The notes beneath the pieces are model-generated. The model was not told where the DNA came from, ran no database searches, and worked only from the letters and a program-made list of their open reading frames with translations. Below are positions 35,001 through 35,357 of a DNA stretch of 35,357 bases, one piece after another (the first letter of the stretch is position 1; each line of letters begins with the position of its first letter). Source of the stretch: an archaeon (GTDB lineage Archaea; Micrarchaeota; Micrarchaeia; Anstonellales; Bilamarchaeaceae). The stretch is from NCBI GenBank assembly GCA_020052735.1, contig JAGVON010000076.1:1-35357 (forward strand), written 5' to 3'. The translations under genes were made by a program, and so were the position numbers.

Positions 35001-35357
35001 ATGACGAATGATATTAGGTTTCTTGCAAGGAAGAGGTTTGAGCAGGGGAAGGATTTGCATTCTTCCGTTCCGAAGAATAGGCACGAGAGGAGGGCTGCGC
35101 AGAGGCATGCAAAACTTCTTGATGCAACGAGGGCGAGGATGGTTGGGCAGAAGAATCCCCATGTTGCTGATTCTGCAAAAGAAAGGCACGAGGATACTCT
35201 CAGGGCGGAGCTTGAGGCGCAGGAAATTCACCGCATGGGAACGAGGACTGGAAGAATGGCTGTGCTTGCGGCTGCAATTGAATTTGCAGTTGCATTGGCA
35301 TGCGGCAGCGCCATGACCGACGATCAGGATGCGACAGATGCTGATGCCGTGCAGGAA
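35001..35357 (+). CDS. Hypothetical membrane/lipoprotein-like protein, 5' part (runs off the right edge)
   Basis: Open frame from ATG 35001 (MTNDIRFLARKRFEQ...) to the edge, with hydrophobic AVLAAAIEFAVALAC then an Asp-rich stretch. TTTTTAAA about 25 nt upstream. Confidence 0.65.
   Translation, partial: MTNDIRFLARKRFEQGKDLHSSVPKNRHERRAAQRHAKLLDATRARMVGQKNPHVADSAKERHEDTLRAELEAQEIHRMGTRTGRMAVLAAAIEFAVALACGSAMTDDQDATDADAVQE

Noticed and set aside
35008-35316. Track ORFs 35008..35316 (+) and 34980..35231 (-)
   Set aside because: The frame starting at 35001 stays open to the edge, has promoter-consistent spacing and gives a more protein-like sequence.

Overview
Archaeal chromosomal segment. The evidence is an MCM helicase, a diphthine-ammonia ligase, TATA-box/leaderless gene starts and tRNAs without encoded CCA. 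It is probably DPANN and Micrarchaeota-like (inference from LFGC-type lipoproteins, orphan ORFs and a form III-type RuBisCO). From left to right: 5' part of mcm; tRNA-Pro(CGG); an AbiEii/AbiEi type IV TA pair in an unusual head-to-head layout; an orphan; AlaX; RuBisCO with a complete catalytic set; a DtxR-FeoA/FeoB iron operon with a visible DtxR box; a class II Fic protein; Dph6; a ZIP transporter; a secreted protein + lipoprotein pair; DUF202; a CoA-binding protein; an MNT-HEPN pair; bifunctional PurH; a lipoprotein; a kinase fusion with reversed domain order; MgtA; a second secreted protein + Cys-rich lipoprotein pair; a LyeJ-like prenyltransferase; an unannotated 29-aa membrane peptide; tRNA-Asp(GTC); a repeat-bearing membrane protein; two giant paralogous beta-helix surface proteins; and a truncated ORF. 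The best candidates for new biology are: (i) a modular surface-protein system with shuffled beta-helix modules, a low-GC in-frame cassette and a shared Cys-rich membrane-proximal stalk; (ii) heptamer/palindrome mini-insertions tolerated in frame inside enzymes; (iii) the divergent AbiE module on one shared TATA element next to a tRNA; (iv) recurring secreted protein/lipoprotein pairs. No CRISPR array, integrase, transposase or reverse transcriptase is visible. All family calls come from motif recognition by eye, not database searches.
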